From Candidatus Helarchaeota archaeon (GTDB taxonomy: Archaea; Asgardarchaeota; Lokiarchaeia; Helarchaeales; RDOG01): a DNA stretch of 64,000 bases. Numbering within the stretch: position 1 is the first letter of the stretch; each line of letters begins with the position of its first letter. This document shows, in pieces, positions 1-10,700 of this stretch. Location: NCBI GenBank assembly GCA_019058315.1, contig JAHPZH010000008.1, forward strand, positions 96,001 to 160,000, read 5' to 3'. A program made the position numbers and the translations under genes. The notes under the pieces are model-generated. The model did not search any database. It was given only the letters and a program-made list of their open reading frames with translations, and was not told the DNA's origin.

Positions 1-2
1 AT

Positions 3-935
3 TTATTGCATGTTAATGATGGAGATGTTATAATAATTTCGTGTTTGGATGAAATGGATAGATTTGGTGATACTGTAATAAGATCTATTAATATAACTTG
101 GTATTTTACACTTGATGATCTAAGGCCATTGATAATCTTAAATACTCCTCAAAATCAAACCATAATAAAAAAGCCAGCATATCTTAATTTAACAGTAATA
201 GATGATCATCTAATTTCTTCCTCGGTAAATTGGAGGGCAAATGTAAACCAAACCTACTGGACAAATTCATTTATTGGTTCATATGATATTGATTTATCCA
301 GTTTTGTAACTGACCAGACAGTACAATTTTGGGTTAGAGCCAGAGATACTTTTGATAATCAGAATGAAATAACAATAATTTTGACTTTTGATGATACTCC
401 TCCAACAAAGCCATCTTCACCGGAATTCCTCATTCAAACAGGCAATCTTACTCTCTCATGGAATTCTTCTTTGGATAATAATTCAATTTATTACCAAGTT
501 TGGCGAAATGGACATTACTTAGGAAATACCACTTCTATTTTTTATACGGATTCTGAATGTTTAGCACCAGGAACTTACATATACGAAATAATTCCATTTG
601 ATGAAGCAAATAATGAAGGTGAATCTCTAATTATTGAAATAATAATTCCAAAACCAAGAAATCCAAAGTCATCTAGACTATTTCCTATACAAAACGGTAA
701 TAATTTCTTCATTTTTTTAATAGTCATTGGTCTAGTATCTGCCATAGTCAGCAGTATAAGTATTATTAAAAAAAGAAATAAAAAAACTACCTCAAAGGGT
801 AATCAAGATTCTAGAAATAGAAGAATACAACATTCTGAAAAATCAGATATTGAAGAATTATTGAAAATAGAAAAAAAAGAGAAAAAAGAATTAAAAAAAT
901 TCTCGAAATTATTTAAAAATACCTTTAAACTTTAA
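3..935 (+). CDS. C-terminal part (5'-truncated by window) of a membrane-anchored surface protein with Ig/FN3-like domains
   Basis: Frame is open from the window start. Beta-rich Ig-like segments (DDTPPTKP..LTLSWNSSLD..YYQVWRNG..YTD..GTYIYEIIPFDEANNE = FN3-like), many N-x-S/T sequons, a C-terminal TM helix (FFIFLIVIGLVSAIVSSISII) and a basic tail. Confidence 0.7.
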   Translation, partial: LLHVNDGDVIIISCLDEMDRFGDTVIRSINITWYFTLDDLRPLIILNTPQNQTIIKKPAYLNLTVIDDHLISSSVNWRANVNQTYWTNSFIGSYDIDLSSFVTDQTVQFWVRARDTFDNQNEITIILTFDDTPPTKPSSPEFLIQTGNLTLSWNSSLDNNSIYYQVWRNGHYLGNTTSIFYTDSECLAPGTYIYEIIPFDEANNEGESLIIEIIIPKPRNPKSSRLFPIQNGNNFFIFLIVIGLVSAIVSSISIIKKRNKKTTSKGNQDSRNRRIQHSEKSDIEELLKIEKKEKKELKKFSKLFKNTFKL

Positions 936-1164
936 TTTTTTTCCTAATTTAAAATTTCAGTAGTACCATCTAATTTATTATAAATTTTTTTTTAATATTA
1001 AATAAGAGAGGGAGTCCATTCTTTTATTAAAAAGAAATTTAGGTTACCAAAAATAAATATTCAAGATATTTGGACAATATTTTTAATACTAATTTGAATA
1101 TTTTAATCCATAGGTTAGAATTTTTCACTATATTCATTTATAATCGAACTAGAGAGGAAATGTA

Positions 1165-2256
1165 ATGGTTGATGAGCTAGAAATTTATCGTGAATTACAA
1201 GAATATCTTGATAAACTTCCAGTCGGATTTCCTAGAACAGTATCTGGTGTTGAAATTCGAATCCTTAAATATATATTTAATCCATTGGAAGCAAGAATAG
1301 CTTTAAAGCTAACCGCTATTCCAAACACACTGGAAAATATTTTTAAAAAGGTCAAGCATCTTAAGGAAGTGACTAGTATTAAAAAATTAGAATTAATACT
1401 AAATAAAATGGTAGAAAAACGTATTATTTTTCATGTAATTAGGGATAAAATTAGCTATTATGCCATTATGATGTATGTGATTGGTTTCTTTGAGGCACAA
1501 GTAAATCAACTTACACCTGATTTCATGAAGGATGTGAAGCTATATCAAGAAGAGGCGTTTGGAGAAGAATACCACAGAGTAAAGTTTCCACAAATGCGAA
1601 CTATTCCAATTGAATCAAGTATTACACCTGAACTAACCGTTGGTGATCAAGATAATATTATAAAACTCGTGGAAATGAGCAATGGACCATTCGCCGCAAT
1701 GAACTGTATATGTAAACAAGGGATGGCTCTTTTAGGAAAAGAATGTAAACAGGTTAAGGATATTGAAACATGTTTGTTATTTGGTATTCCTGCACAAATT
1801 TGGAGTGAAGATAAAATTGCTAGACGTATCTCAAAAAAGGAAATGATAAATAAAATCAAAACTGCAGGCGAATCAGGATTAGTTCTTCAACCCATTAATT
1901 TCCAAGGAGTTCATGCGATTTGTTGTTGTTGTGGGTGTTGTTGTCTTATTCTAACTTCAGCGAAAAAATTTCAACGACCTGCAGAATTATTTGCATCGAA
2001 CTATCATGCTGTAAAAAACGAAGAATTATGCATAGACTGTCAAACTTGTTTAAAAAGATGTCAAATGGATGCGATACACATCATAGATGAAAAACCCATT
2101 ATAAATTTGGATCGTTGTATTGGTTGTGGTCTTTGTGTTTCAACTTGTCCTCAAAACGCCATCCATCTACAAAAAAAAGAGATTATAATTCACCCTCCAA
2201 AAGATGCTTCTGAGCTCTATCAACAAATATTAAAGAGAAAAAAAGATTCGAATTAA
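1165..2256 (+). CDS. 4Fe-4S dicluster ferredoxin-domain protein with Cys-rich central motif
   Basis: C-terminal CIDCQTCLKRC and CIGCGLCVSTCP motifs; central CIC, C and ICCCCGCCC cluster; GAGG RBS upstream. Confidence 0.8.
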   Translation: MVDELEIYRELQEYLDKLPVGFPRTVSGVEIRILKYIFNPLEARIALKLTAIPNTLENIFKKVKHLKEVTSIKKLELILNKMVEKRIIFHVIRDKISYYAIMMYVIGFFEAQVNQLTPDFMKDVKLYQEEAFGEEYHRVKFPQMRTIPIESSITPELTVGDQDNIIKLVEMSNGPFAAMNCICKQGMALLGKECKQVKDIETCLLFGIPAQIWSEDKIARRISKKEMINKIKTAGESGLVLQPINFQGVHAICCCCGCCCLILTSAKKFQRPAELFASNYHAVKNEELCIDCQTCLKRCQMDAIHIIDEKPIINLDRCIGCGLCVSTCPQNAIHLQKKEIIIHPPKDASELYQQILKRKKDSN

Positions 2257-2304
2257 ATTAACATCATAATTCATTGGACTATGAATTTGTAATGAATATT
2301 AGAT

Positions 2305-2691
2305 TTAATATGATAATCTTCTACCATAATCATAGAAAATTAATACCGCAAGAGCATCCATGAATACTCCACCTAAGGCAGCTAAAACAGGCATTGCTAC
2401 AAACCAAGAAGGCATAACGCCAAACACATATAATAAATGGGTGATTGCTCCACCTCCAAACATAACCATGGCTATCCATTTCAATATTTGTTGAATTTTT
2501 TCCTTCGGCACTATATAAGCTATAGATAATACTCCTAACAAAATGGCCATTGGTGCTACGAGCCAAAAAACTTCTTCTCGAATAGGTAAAAATGAAATAA
2601 TTAATGGTGCAAAGATATGGAACCCACCGAAAATAAGGATGAAACACATTTCAACAGTTTTCAAAGTATGTTGTAATTTGTTTGAATCCAT
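2305..2691 (-). CDS. hypothetical membrane protein (4 TM)
   Basis: 128-aa ORF with four hydrophobic segments; fills the gap between flanking genes. Confidence 0.6.
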   Translation of the reverse strand: MDSNKLQHTLKTVEMCFILIFGGFHIFAPLIISFLPIREEVFWLVAPMAILLGVLSIAYIVPKEKIQQILKWIAMVMFGGGAITHLLYVFGVMPSWFVAMPVLAALGGVFMDALAVLIFYDYGRRLSY

Positions 2692-2803
2692 ATTTTCATG
2701 TTATGAAATTTAAAATATTTAAATTTTATATTATTCTATCAATTTTTTGGAAAATGAAAATCATTATAAAAATGGAATTAAAAGTTTTAGGAGCATTTAA
2801 TAA

Positions 2804-3565
2804 ATGGAAATAAAAATAGAATCAAATTCAGCTATTATTATCAAAGATCTCATAAAAAAGTTTGATGATGTTACTGCTGTGAATGGATTGAATCTAAATA
2901 TAGAAAAAGGTGAGCTTTTCAGCTTATTAGGACCTAATGGAGCAGGCAAGACTACAATAATAAACATTCTAAGTGGGATTATAGAACCAACTAGGGGAAC
3001 TGCTATTATTAGGGGATATGATATAAAGAGAAATTTAAAACGGATTAAAGAGTTAATCGGTGTGTGTCCACAAAAATCTGCAGTTTTTAAATTTCTAAAT
3101 GGTAGAGAAAATATTGAACTTTTCGGAAATCTGCATACAATTCCAAAAGAGGAATTAAAGAAGCGAATTGATAAATTTTTAAATATACTAGATTTATCAG
3201 AAGCAAGTAACAGAAAAACGGGGGGTTATAGTGGTGGAATGCTTCGTAAATTAAATTTAATAATAGCTTTAATTAATGATCCAGAAATTGCATTCCTTGA
3301 TGAACCAACAGTGGGAATGGATCCTCGAGCTCGTCGTGCAACTTGGGAATTCATAGGATCTCTAAAAAATCAAAATAGAACGATTATTCTAACAACTCAT
3401 TATATTGAAGAAGCGGAAGCCCTTAGCGATAGAGTAGGAGTCATAGATTATGGAGAATTGATAGAACTAGGAAGCCCCAAAGAATTAATGACTAAGTATA
3501 AAGTTAAAAATTTAGAAGAAGTTTTCATGAAAATAACTGGTAGAAGAATATTGGAGGGTATGTAA
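2804..3565 (+). CDS. ABC-2 (DrrA/NodI-like) exporter ATP-binding subunit
   Basis: Walker A GPNGAGKTT, signature YSGGM, Walker B AFLDEPT, H-loop LTTH. Confidence 0.95.
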   Translation: MEIKIESNSAIIIKDLIKKFDDVTAVNGLNLNIEKGELFSLLGPNGAGKTTIINILSGIIEPTRGTAIIRGYDIKRNLKRIKELIGVCPQKSAVFKFLNGRENIELFGNLHTIPKEELKKRIDKFLNILDLSEASNRKTGGYSGGMLRKLNLIIALINDPEIAFLDEPTVGMDPRARRATWEFIGSLKNQNRTIILTTHYIEEAEALSDRVGVIDYGELIELGSPKELMTKYKVKNLEEVFMKITGRRILEGM

Positions 3566-3566
3566 A

Positions 3567-4457
3567 ATGAATTTACAGAGAATTAGAGTTCTTATAATAA
3601 TGCAGCTTAAAAAATTGATAAGAGAACCTGCGATTTTATTTATGATTCTAATATTTCCTGCGGTCCTTACATTAACATTTGGAATAAGTTTCCCAAGTAT
3701 AATTAACACGTTATCATTTGGTTTTAGTTTTCCTGATGCAGTCCCCACGTTAACTTTAGGAATAACTTTTGCTACTTCTATTCGTGAAATTCCCACATTA
3801 ACTTTAGGAATAAGTATTCCAACTGAAGTAATCACATTAACATTTGGAACGGAAGCTGCAGCGGATTTTAATGCAATGGTTCCTGGATTATTCGTTTTTG
3901 CTAGTATTTTTATGATAATGACAGTGGCTATGTCTTTTTCTACAGACCGGCAAGAAGGACTATTAAAAAGATTAAATACAACCCCAATGACATCTGGTGA
4001 ATTCATGGGAAGTCATGTCATATCAAAAATGTTAACGGCTATTTTACAGACGATAATAATTTTTATATTAGCTCTTCTTGTAGGTTTTAGACCGGATACA
4101 GAAATTAGTGGAATATTATTGGCATTTGGTATAATGGCATTATTTTCACTTAGTTCTGTTGGATTAGGACTTATTACAGCAACAATTTCAAAAACTCCTG
4201 AAACTGCTGTTGGAATTTCATTTGTATTCATTATTCCTCAGATGTTTTTTGGAACAATTATACCATTAAGCGAATCTACTGGACTAATAGCACAAATACT
4301 CCCAAGTTTTTATGCAACTGATGCTTTAAAATCAATTTTCGGAGGTGCCTTGTTGACAAATGTAAATATTTTGCTAGATCTTACTTTTATTGCAATAGTA
4401 AGCGTTGTGATAATAATCGTTGGTATACAATTATTTGAAAAATACGGAAAAGCCTAA
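3567..4457 (+). CDS. ABC-2 exporter permease
   Basis: Directly follows the ATPase; six TM pattern; DRQEGLLKRLNTTP motif typical of ABC-2 permeases. Confidence 0.9.
   Translation: MNLQRIRVLIIMQLKKLIREPAILFMILIFPAVLTLTFGISFPSIINTLSFGFSFPDAVPTLTLGITFATSIREIPTLTLGISIPTEVITLTFGTEAAADFNAMVPGLFVFASIFMIMTVAMSFSTDRQEGLLKRLNTTPMTSGEFMGSHVISKMLTAILQTIIIFILALLVGFRPDTEISGILLAFGIMALFSLSSVGLGLITATISKTPETAVGISFVFIIPQMFFGTIIPLSESTGLIAQILPSFYATDALKSIFGGALLTNVNILLDLTFIAIVSVVIIIVGIQLFEKYGKA
3669..3848 (+). repeat. intragenic degenerate tandem repeat, five copies of TL(T/S)(F/L)G-x-(S/T) with 13/13/16/13-aa spacing
   Basis: TLTFGISFP / TLSFGFSFP / TLTLGITFA / TLTLGISIP / TLTFGT; the DNA core ACATTAACATTTGGA / ACGTTAACTTTAGGA recurs. 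Confidence 0.85.
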
Positions 4458-4479
4458 TTGAGATTTTCTTTTAATCTAA

Positions 4480-6501
4480 TTATACAAGGGTATTATTTAT
4501 TTCATCGCCCAATTTATTTATTATTTTTAAAGATTCCCTTCTTAGTTCATAACTTCTTTTTACTTTTTTAACGATTTTATCCTGTATTTCTTTTTTAGGG
4601 ATTAATATTAAAATTCTCTTTAAATCTGTATCAGAAACTGCAGGAATTGCTGCGCCTGTTCGATGTTGGTACATTTGCATCAAGAACTCCTTTGATCTAA
4701 TATAATATAATAAATAAAAAGGATCTAAATTTTGCTCCTCCTTTTTTATTCTTAAAACTCTCAGACCATTAGTACAAATGCAACCATCATACTCTCTGGA
4801 TATATATGCTGATGCGTGTTTCATAGTACCCGTTGAAACACCGGCAATCGCCGTAATAACGTCCCCTTCCTTAACTTCATAGCTTGCTCTACTGGGAGCT
4901 TCATATACATTCATTTCATTATATGAAATTAATTCACTCAAAATAGGGTTTATATCGCTTATTTCTATATATTTTATCTTAGCTGCTGGATTTTTTAAAA
5001 CCTCTGCTTTTTTTGATGTAATATTCACAACTTTTTCTAATGGTACTGCCCCTGCCCTTAATAATTTATCTCTCAACTCTTTATACATAGGTTGATAGAA
5101 TTTAGGATCAAATCTTTCTAGAATTTCATTAAAATTTCTTGAAAATATATTATTTGAATTAATAATTTTTTTATTTTCTCTAAAATCGTTATAAGCTTTT
5201 GTTATTTTGGTAATATCTTCATTAATTAGTGGCATTCCTTTCTTATCTTTAAAAATTTCTCCTCTTTTATTTCTTTTATAGACTACTTTTCCAACTTTTG
5301 TTCCTTCATATCCAATATTTTCAACAATTCCAAAAAAAATTTGATAATTTTTTTGTATTTCTTCTTTAATTTGGTATGGAGATAATTTTTGTAAAAATAA
5401 GATAGAAGCACTTATACCTGTACCAAAAGGAATGAATGTTTCTTGGGGTAATTTAATAATAGCTAATATTTTTGCTTTATTTTTAATGAAATTTCTGATA
5501 TATTCTTGACTCGGATTCTCAAGGATCCCATCCGGCAGAACAATTGCCATTCGCCCTCCATTTTTTAAAAATTTTAGACATTTCTCGATAAAAAGTACTT
5601 CAGGTGCTTTTCCACTAATAATTTCACCTTTTTTCCATTTTCCTTCTTTTTGACGCCATTTATAAGCTAATTCAAAACCTTCTAGTATTTTTTTGTCTGT
5701 AATTTTACCCCTAGAACCAAATGGGGGATTTGTCATTAAAACATCAAAGGACTCCAACTTACTTTGGGATAATAAACTATTAGCAGTAAAAATGTGGTTA
5801 TGATTTGCATCATTTAATATCATTTGCATCTTAGCAACTTTAATTAAATCTGGATTAATATCCATACCCCATATCTGAAATCCTGCTGGTTGCTGGATAT
5901 CTTTATTTATTAATTTCATAGATTCAATCAAAAACCCCCCCGAGCCACAAGCAGGATCAATTATTTTCTCATTTTCTTTTGGATCAATAATTTTCAATAT
6001 CAAATTTATAACAGGATAAGGTGTAAAAAATTCTCCTCTTGCACCACGTAGATTGGCGTAGATAAAGGTTTGAAATGCAGTTCCTTTAACATCTACTGGA
6101 GTTTTAATTAAACTATAGTTTTGGAGTTGATCAACCACAAATCCGAGAGTTAATGGTTTTAAATTGATAATTTCATTTGGATCTTGAAAAATATCTGAAA
6201 ATTGAGATTTAATTTTTTCAAATAATTCAGATATTCTTGCAATAAATTGAGATTTCTTTCTTACTCTTAATTCTTCAAATTCTTTATCCTTAATATAGAA
6301 GTTAGTATAGTTTTGATTGCTTTTTTCATCAGCCATTTTAATAAAAATTAATTTTAAGATTTCATTAAATATCTTTTCTTTTAAAAGCCCTTCATTAGCA
6401 TAAATATAATTATGACATTTTTCAAAAACAGATTTTAACTCATTTACTGTTGCGGGCTTTAGATCTCTCTTCAAATAACTATTATTTTTAATTTCTGTCA
6501 T
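4480..6501 (-). CDS. N6-adenine DNA methyltransferase fused to a type I HsdS-like target-recognition domain
   Basis: GEFFTP, motif I DPACGSGGF, motif IV NPPF; C-terminal TRD-like region (APSRA..GDVI..DPFYLLYYIRS..TGAAIPAVS..PKKEIQDKIV). Confidence 0.88.
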   Translation of the reverse strand: MTEIKNNSYLKRDLKPATVNELKSVFEKCHNYIYANEGLLKEKIFNEILKLIFIKMADEKSNQNYTNFYIKDKEFEELRVRKKSQFIARISELFEKIKSQFSDIFQDPNEIINLKPLTLGFVVDQLQNYSLIKTPVDVKGTAFQTFIYANLRGARGEFFTPYPVINLILKIIDPKENEKIIDPACGSGGFLIESMKLINKDIQQPAGFQIWGMDINPDLIKVAKMQMILNDANHNHIFTANSLLSQSKLESFDVLMTNPPFGSRGKITDKKILEGFELAYKWRQKEGKWKKGEIISGKAPEVLFIEKCLKFLKNGGRMAIVLPDGILENPSQEYIRNFIKNKAKILAIIKLPQETFIPFGTGISASILFLQKLSPYQIKEEIQKNYQIFFGIVENIGYEGTKVGKVVYKRNKRGEIFKDKKGMPLINEDITKITKAYNDFRENKKIINSNNIFSRNFNEILERFDPKFYQPMYKELRDKLLRAGAVPLEKVVNITSKKAEVLKNPAAKIKYIEISDINPILSELISYNEMNVYEAPSRASYEVKEGDVITAIAGVSTGTMKHASAYISREYDGCICTNGLRVLRIKKEEQNLDPFYLLYYIRSKEFLMQMYQHRTGAAIPAVSDTDLKRILILIPKKEIQDKIVKKVKRSYELRRESLKIINKLGDEINNTLV

Positions 6502-6529
6502 TTTCCCCTCTTTAATATGATTTTATTAA

Positions 6530-7600
6530 TTAATATTTTTTAACTCCTTCATCAATATCTACAATATAAGCTTTGCTATTACAACGATGATTAATTACAT
6601 TTGCAATTTTCTTTTGATTATCGGGACAAAATATTACTACACACCCACCATTGCCGCTACCAACAATTTTCCCAGCCAAAGCTCCAGCATTTTTTGTTTC
6701 ATGGATTATTTTTTCAATTTTCGGAGTTGAATTTTCAAGTCCATCACGCATAGCTTTATGATGAATATCAATTAATTCAGCAATTCTTGCAATATCTGGA
6801 TTATTTTTAGAAAGTTCTTCTCTAGCCATTGTTACAACATCACGAACTTGAAGTAAAGCCCATAATCTTTTTGATGGATTTCCGGGTAAATGATTTAGAA
6901 ATTTCTCAACTTTTGATATAGGCGTTTTTTTTAAATCAAAATCAGGAATATGATCTTTCATAAGTCTTATTCCCTCATCAAATTCTGCTCTTCTTAAATT
7001 GTGTGTCTGTAATGTTTTTTTCTTTTCACATGTGTCTCCAATTACAAAGCAATTTTTAATGGATTCTAAATCAATTTTTTCTATATTAGGAGGGGTCACA
7101 CATTCCATAAACATACCATAACCTAGAGCGGATGCAAAATGATCCATATTTCCTCCTTTTTCATTAAATTCCACTACTTCAGCTTGATATGCGAGATCTG
7201 CAATTTTCTCTGGGTTAAATTTTAGATTAAATAATTCACTCAGAAATTTTATCCATGCAACTACCAATACAGAAGAGCTACTTAATCCTGCACCAATAGG
7301 AAGCTTACTCCAGATTTTACAACTTAGACCTTTTGATATTTCAAAGCCTTTTCTCTTAAGAATATTAAAACCTGATCTCAAATAATCTCGTTTCTTTCTA
7401 TAATTTGGAAATTCATGACATAAAAAATCATCCTTTTGCTTAATATCTAGTAAATCTATTGAAATTTTATCTATATTTGAATAATTTCCTTCAATATAAG
7501 TCCGAAGATTAATAGCTGCAGTAATCACAGACAGACCCATATAGTCTTGATCCTCTCCAAATAAACAAATTCTCCCTGGTGCAGAAACTTTGATTGTCAT
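6530..7600 (-). CDS. GHMP-family sugar kinase (galactokinase-like)
   Basis: APGRICLFGE, LPIGAGLSSS, GGNMD and GKIVGSGNGG motifs. Confidence 0.9.
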   Translation of the reverse strand: MTIKVSAPGRICLFGEDQDYMGLSVITAAINLRTYIEGNYSNIDKISIDLLDIKQKDDFLCHEFPNYRKKRDYLRSGFNILKRKGFEISKGLSCKIWSKLPIGAGLSSSSVLVVAWIKFLSELFNLKFNPEKIADLAYQAEVVEFNEKGGNMDHFASALGYGMFMECVTPPNIEKIDLESIKNCFVIGDTCEKKKTLQTHNLRRAEFDEGIRLMKDHIPDFDLKKTPISKVEKFLNHLPGNPSKRLWALLQVRDVVTMAREELSKNNPDIARIAELIDIHHKAMRDGLENSTPKIEKIIHETKNAGALAGKIVGSGNGGCVVIFCPDNQKKIANVINHRCNSKAYIVDIDEGVKKY

Positions 7601-7705
7601 TTCTGATTTTCCTTTATCGATGAGAAATTCATATCTATATTTTTAACTTTTCAATAATTATCATTAATGAATTCAAATTTTTATTTCTTATTATCAAACT
7701 ACTTA

Positions 7706-10700
7706 TTATTGAATTAATTTACAAATTTCTGCATATTCATAATTTTTAGGCATTAACCCAAGGATTTTAAGTATTTTTCCTATAAATTGATTCCTATCTT
7801 TGGCCCTTTGCCAAAAAGGGCGTGGATCCAATCCAGGAAATAGTGGAACTAATTGACTCTTATGTGCTTGAATTGAATCAATTTTTATTCTCATTCCTTT
7901 TTCATCAAAGGGAATAATTTTATTCGCTTCATGAATAGCGTATTCTTCCCATGCAGATTTATAATACCAAAGGTCAGCTTTGGTCGCTTTGGATTTTTTA
8001 AGTGCTATTTTAAAAATTTCAGTAGCCTTCCCATGAGTTCCATGGGGATCAGCGACCTCACCGGGAACAAGAACTATATCTGGTATTTCATTATCAAGGA
8101 TCTTGATTAATGGATTTATATCTGCCTCGGTAATAGTTGATTTTATTATGGTTCCAGTTTCATAAAAAGGTGAGTTTAGAAAAATTAAATTTTCAGAGGA
8201 GATTCCTAGAATTTCTTCTGCAGCGATAGCTTCGGCCTTTCTAACTAAAGTTTTAAGCTGTAATAATTCTTTATAATCAATAGTTTTTTGTAAAATCTTA
8301 TTTTTTATAATATTCGGTAATTTTTTTTGCTCAATATATTCAATAACGTCAGAATTTCGAACTGCAATATTTCCACTGACTACATAAATTATCTTTACGA
8401 TATTTCCATTTTCATTCAAAGCTCTAATGGTATTTCCAATACAAATTGCATCATCATCGGGATGAGGGGAAATAACTAGAATTTTCTTATTGCTAGGCAA
8501 TTTTTCTTTATAGAGTATTTTTTGTTCAGTTCTCTCTATAACTTCTTTTATTAAATCAGATTTATCACCATAAAATTTGATTAGGTTCGAAAGAAAATTA
8601 TTTTTAAAATCTTCAATATCTAGTTGTGATAAGGGTTTATTTAATTTGACAGATAGCCAAATGAGAGCATTATCGATGTGATTTTCGCCTAATTTAGCCT
8701 TTTGACGTTCCATAGACCAGTTTACATTAAAAAATAGCCAAGGAGACATATTACGGCTCAAACGAGAAGCAGCTCCATGTTCTAGAATAAAAACTGTATT
8801 TGGATGAGTTTGGAGTATAGAAGCAGGAACATAAGGATTTACCCTTCCTTCAACTGCTTCTTTAATAATAGGAGCTTTATGTTCTCCTGAGGCAATTAAT
8901 ATAATCTTTTTAGCGTCTAAAATTGTTCCAATTCCCATAGTAAGTGCGTAATGAGGTACTTCTTCAATATATTTGAAAAATTTTGCATTATCAATTCGAG
9001 ATTTTTCTGTTAATTTAATTTTTCGAGATCTGGAATTAAAATCTGAGCCTGCTTCATTAAATCCAATATGCCCACCTATTAAATTCCTATCAGCATCAAA
9101 AAATCCCCCACCAATTCCTAATATTTGAATATCAATACCCCCAGCTTTTTGGATAAGCCTTTCAAATCTGTCACAAAAATTTTCTATATCCTCTTCCTTA
9201 AGCTCTCCATCTGGTATGTGTATATTTTCAGGTTTTATATTTATGTGATCAAAGAGCCAATATTTCATAAATTTATGGTAGCTTTGAGGATGTGTGTTTT
9301 TCATAGGATAGTATTCATCCAAATTGAACGTAATTACTTGAGAAAAATCCAAATTTTCGTCTTTATGCATTCGAACTAGTTCTTTATACATACTAATCGG
9401 AGTACTACCAGTAGCTAGCCCTAAGACAGTATTTGGTTTTTTTCTAATCTGTTCTGCAACAATACTGGCTGCAACTTTTCCCATGACTTCGTCATTATCT
9501 TTAATAATAACCGCAACTTTTTCAGATACTTCTTCAATCCCTTCCATTCCAAGAATTGCGGCTCCTACTGCACCAGTATATCCCCTAATATCTTCACGAA
9601 TACCCCGAAAACAAGATTCATAAACTTCCACTGGAGAATGAATTGGAATATTTTTAGTTTTTAAATTCTTGCGTATTTCATCATAAAAAAAACTCCCGAC
9701 TTTTGCAACTTTACCCCCTATCATAATTTGAGAAATTCCAGCTAAATCACTGATTATTTTAATACCTTTAGCTAAACTTTCGGCAGCTCTATTAAAAATA
9801 TCTATTGCGAATTTATCCCCTTGATTGGCGGCATTAGCAACGATTCTAGTAGTTATTTTTGCAACATCATTATTTACAAGGTCAGTAATAATTGTTTTAT
9901 GTTTTAATATTTCTTCACGGGTTATTTCTGCGATTGCTGTCCCAGATGCATAAGCTTGTATACATCCTTTATTACCACAACCACAAAGTCTCGCATTTTC
10001 AGAATCATCAATTATAATATGCCCTAATTCTCCAGCAAAATAATTTTCTCCATGTAATATCTTATCATCAATTATAATACCTCCTCCCACACCAGTTCCT
10101 AGGGCAAGGGCAACAGAATTGCCTTCAATTTTTGATATTTCTTTTTCTCCTAAAGCCATTACATTTGCATCATTCTCAACGAAGGTGGGAATTCCAATTG
10201 CATTTTCTATTTCAGCTCGTAAATTTACATCTTTCCAATCTTCCATAATAATCATTTTTCTTACAAAAATAGGTCCAATTCCGCCAGGAATACCAACTCC
10301 AATGCTAATGACATTTCTTTCTTTTACTAGTTCTAGTAATTTTTTTATCAAGCTGATTACTTGTTGAATAACAACACGATAACCTTCTTGTTTCTTCGTA
10401 TCTGCTTCTAATCGCTCAATAATATTTCCATTTCCATCAATACAAACAGCTTTTATTGAATGACCACCAATATCTATCCCAATTCCTACTTGATCTCCAA
10501 ACGTCCCTAGATGCTTAATTTTAGATCTCAAAAAATTTTGCTCTTCTCCAGAAAATGGTAATTTTGGTAGTATTTGGATCCCACCACCTAATTTTTCAAA
10601 GGTAAATTTCATCTGTAGGATTAAATTTAGAGAATGAATTAGATAGGATTGTAATTCTTTATCTTCACAAACGAGTTCGATAACCTTTGGACCAAATGTA

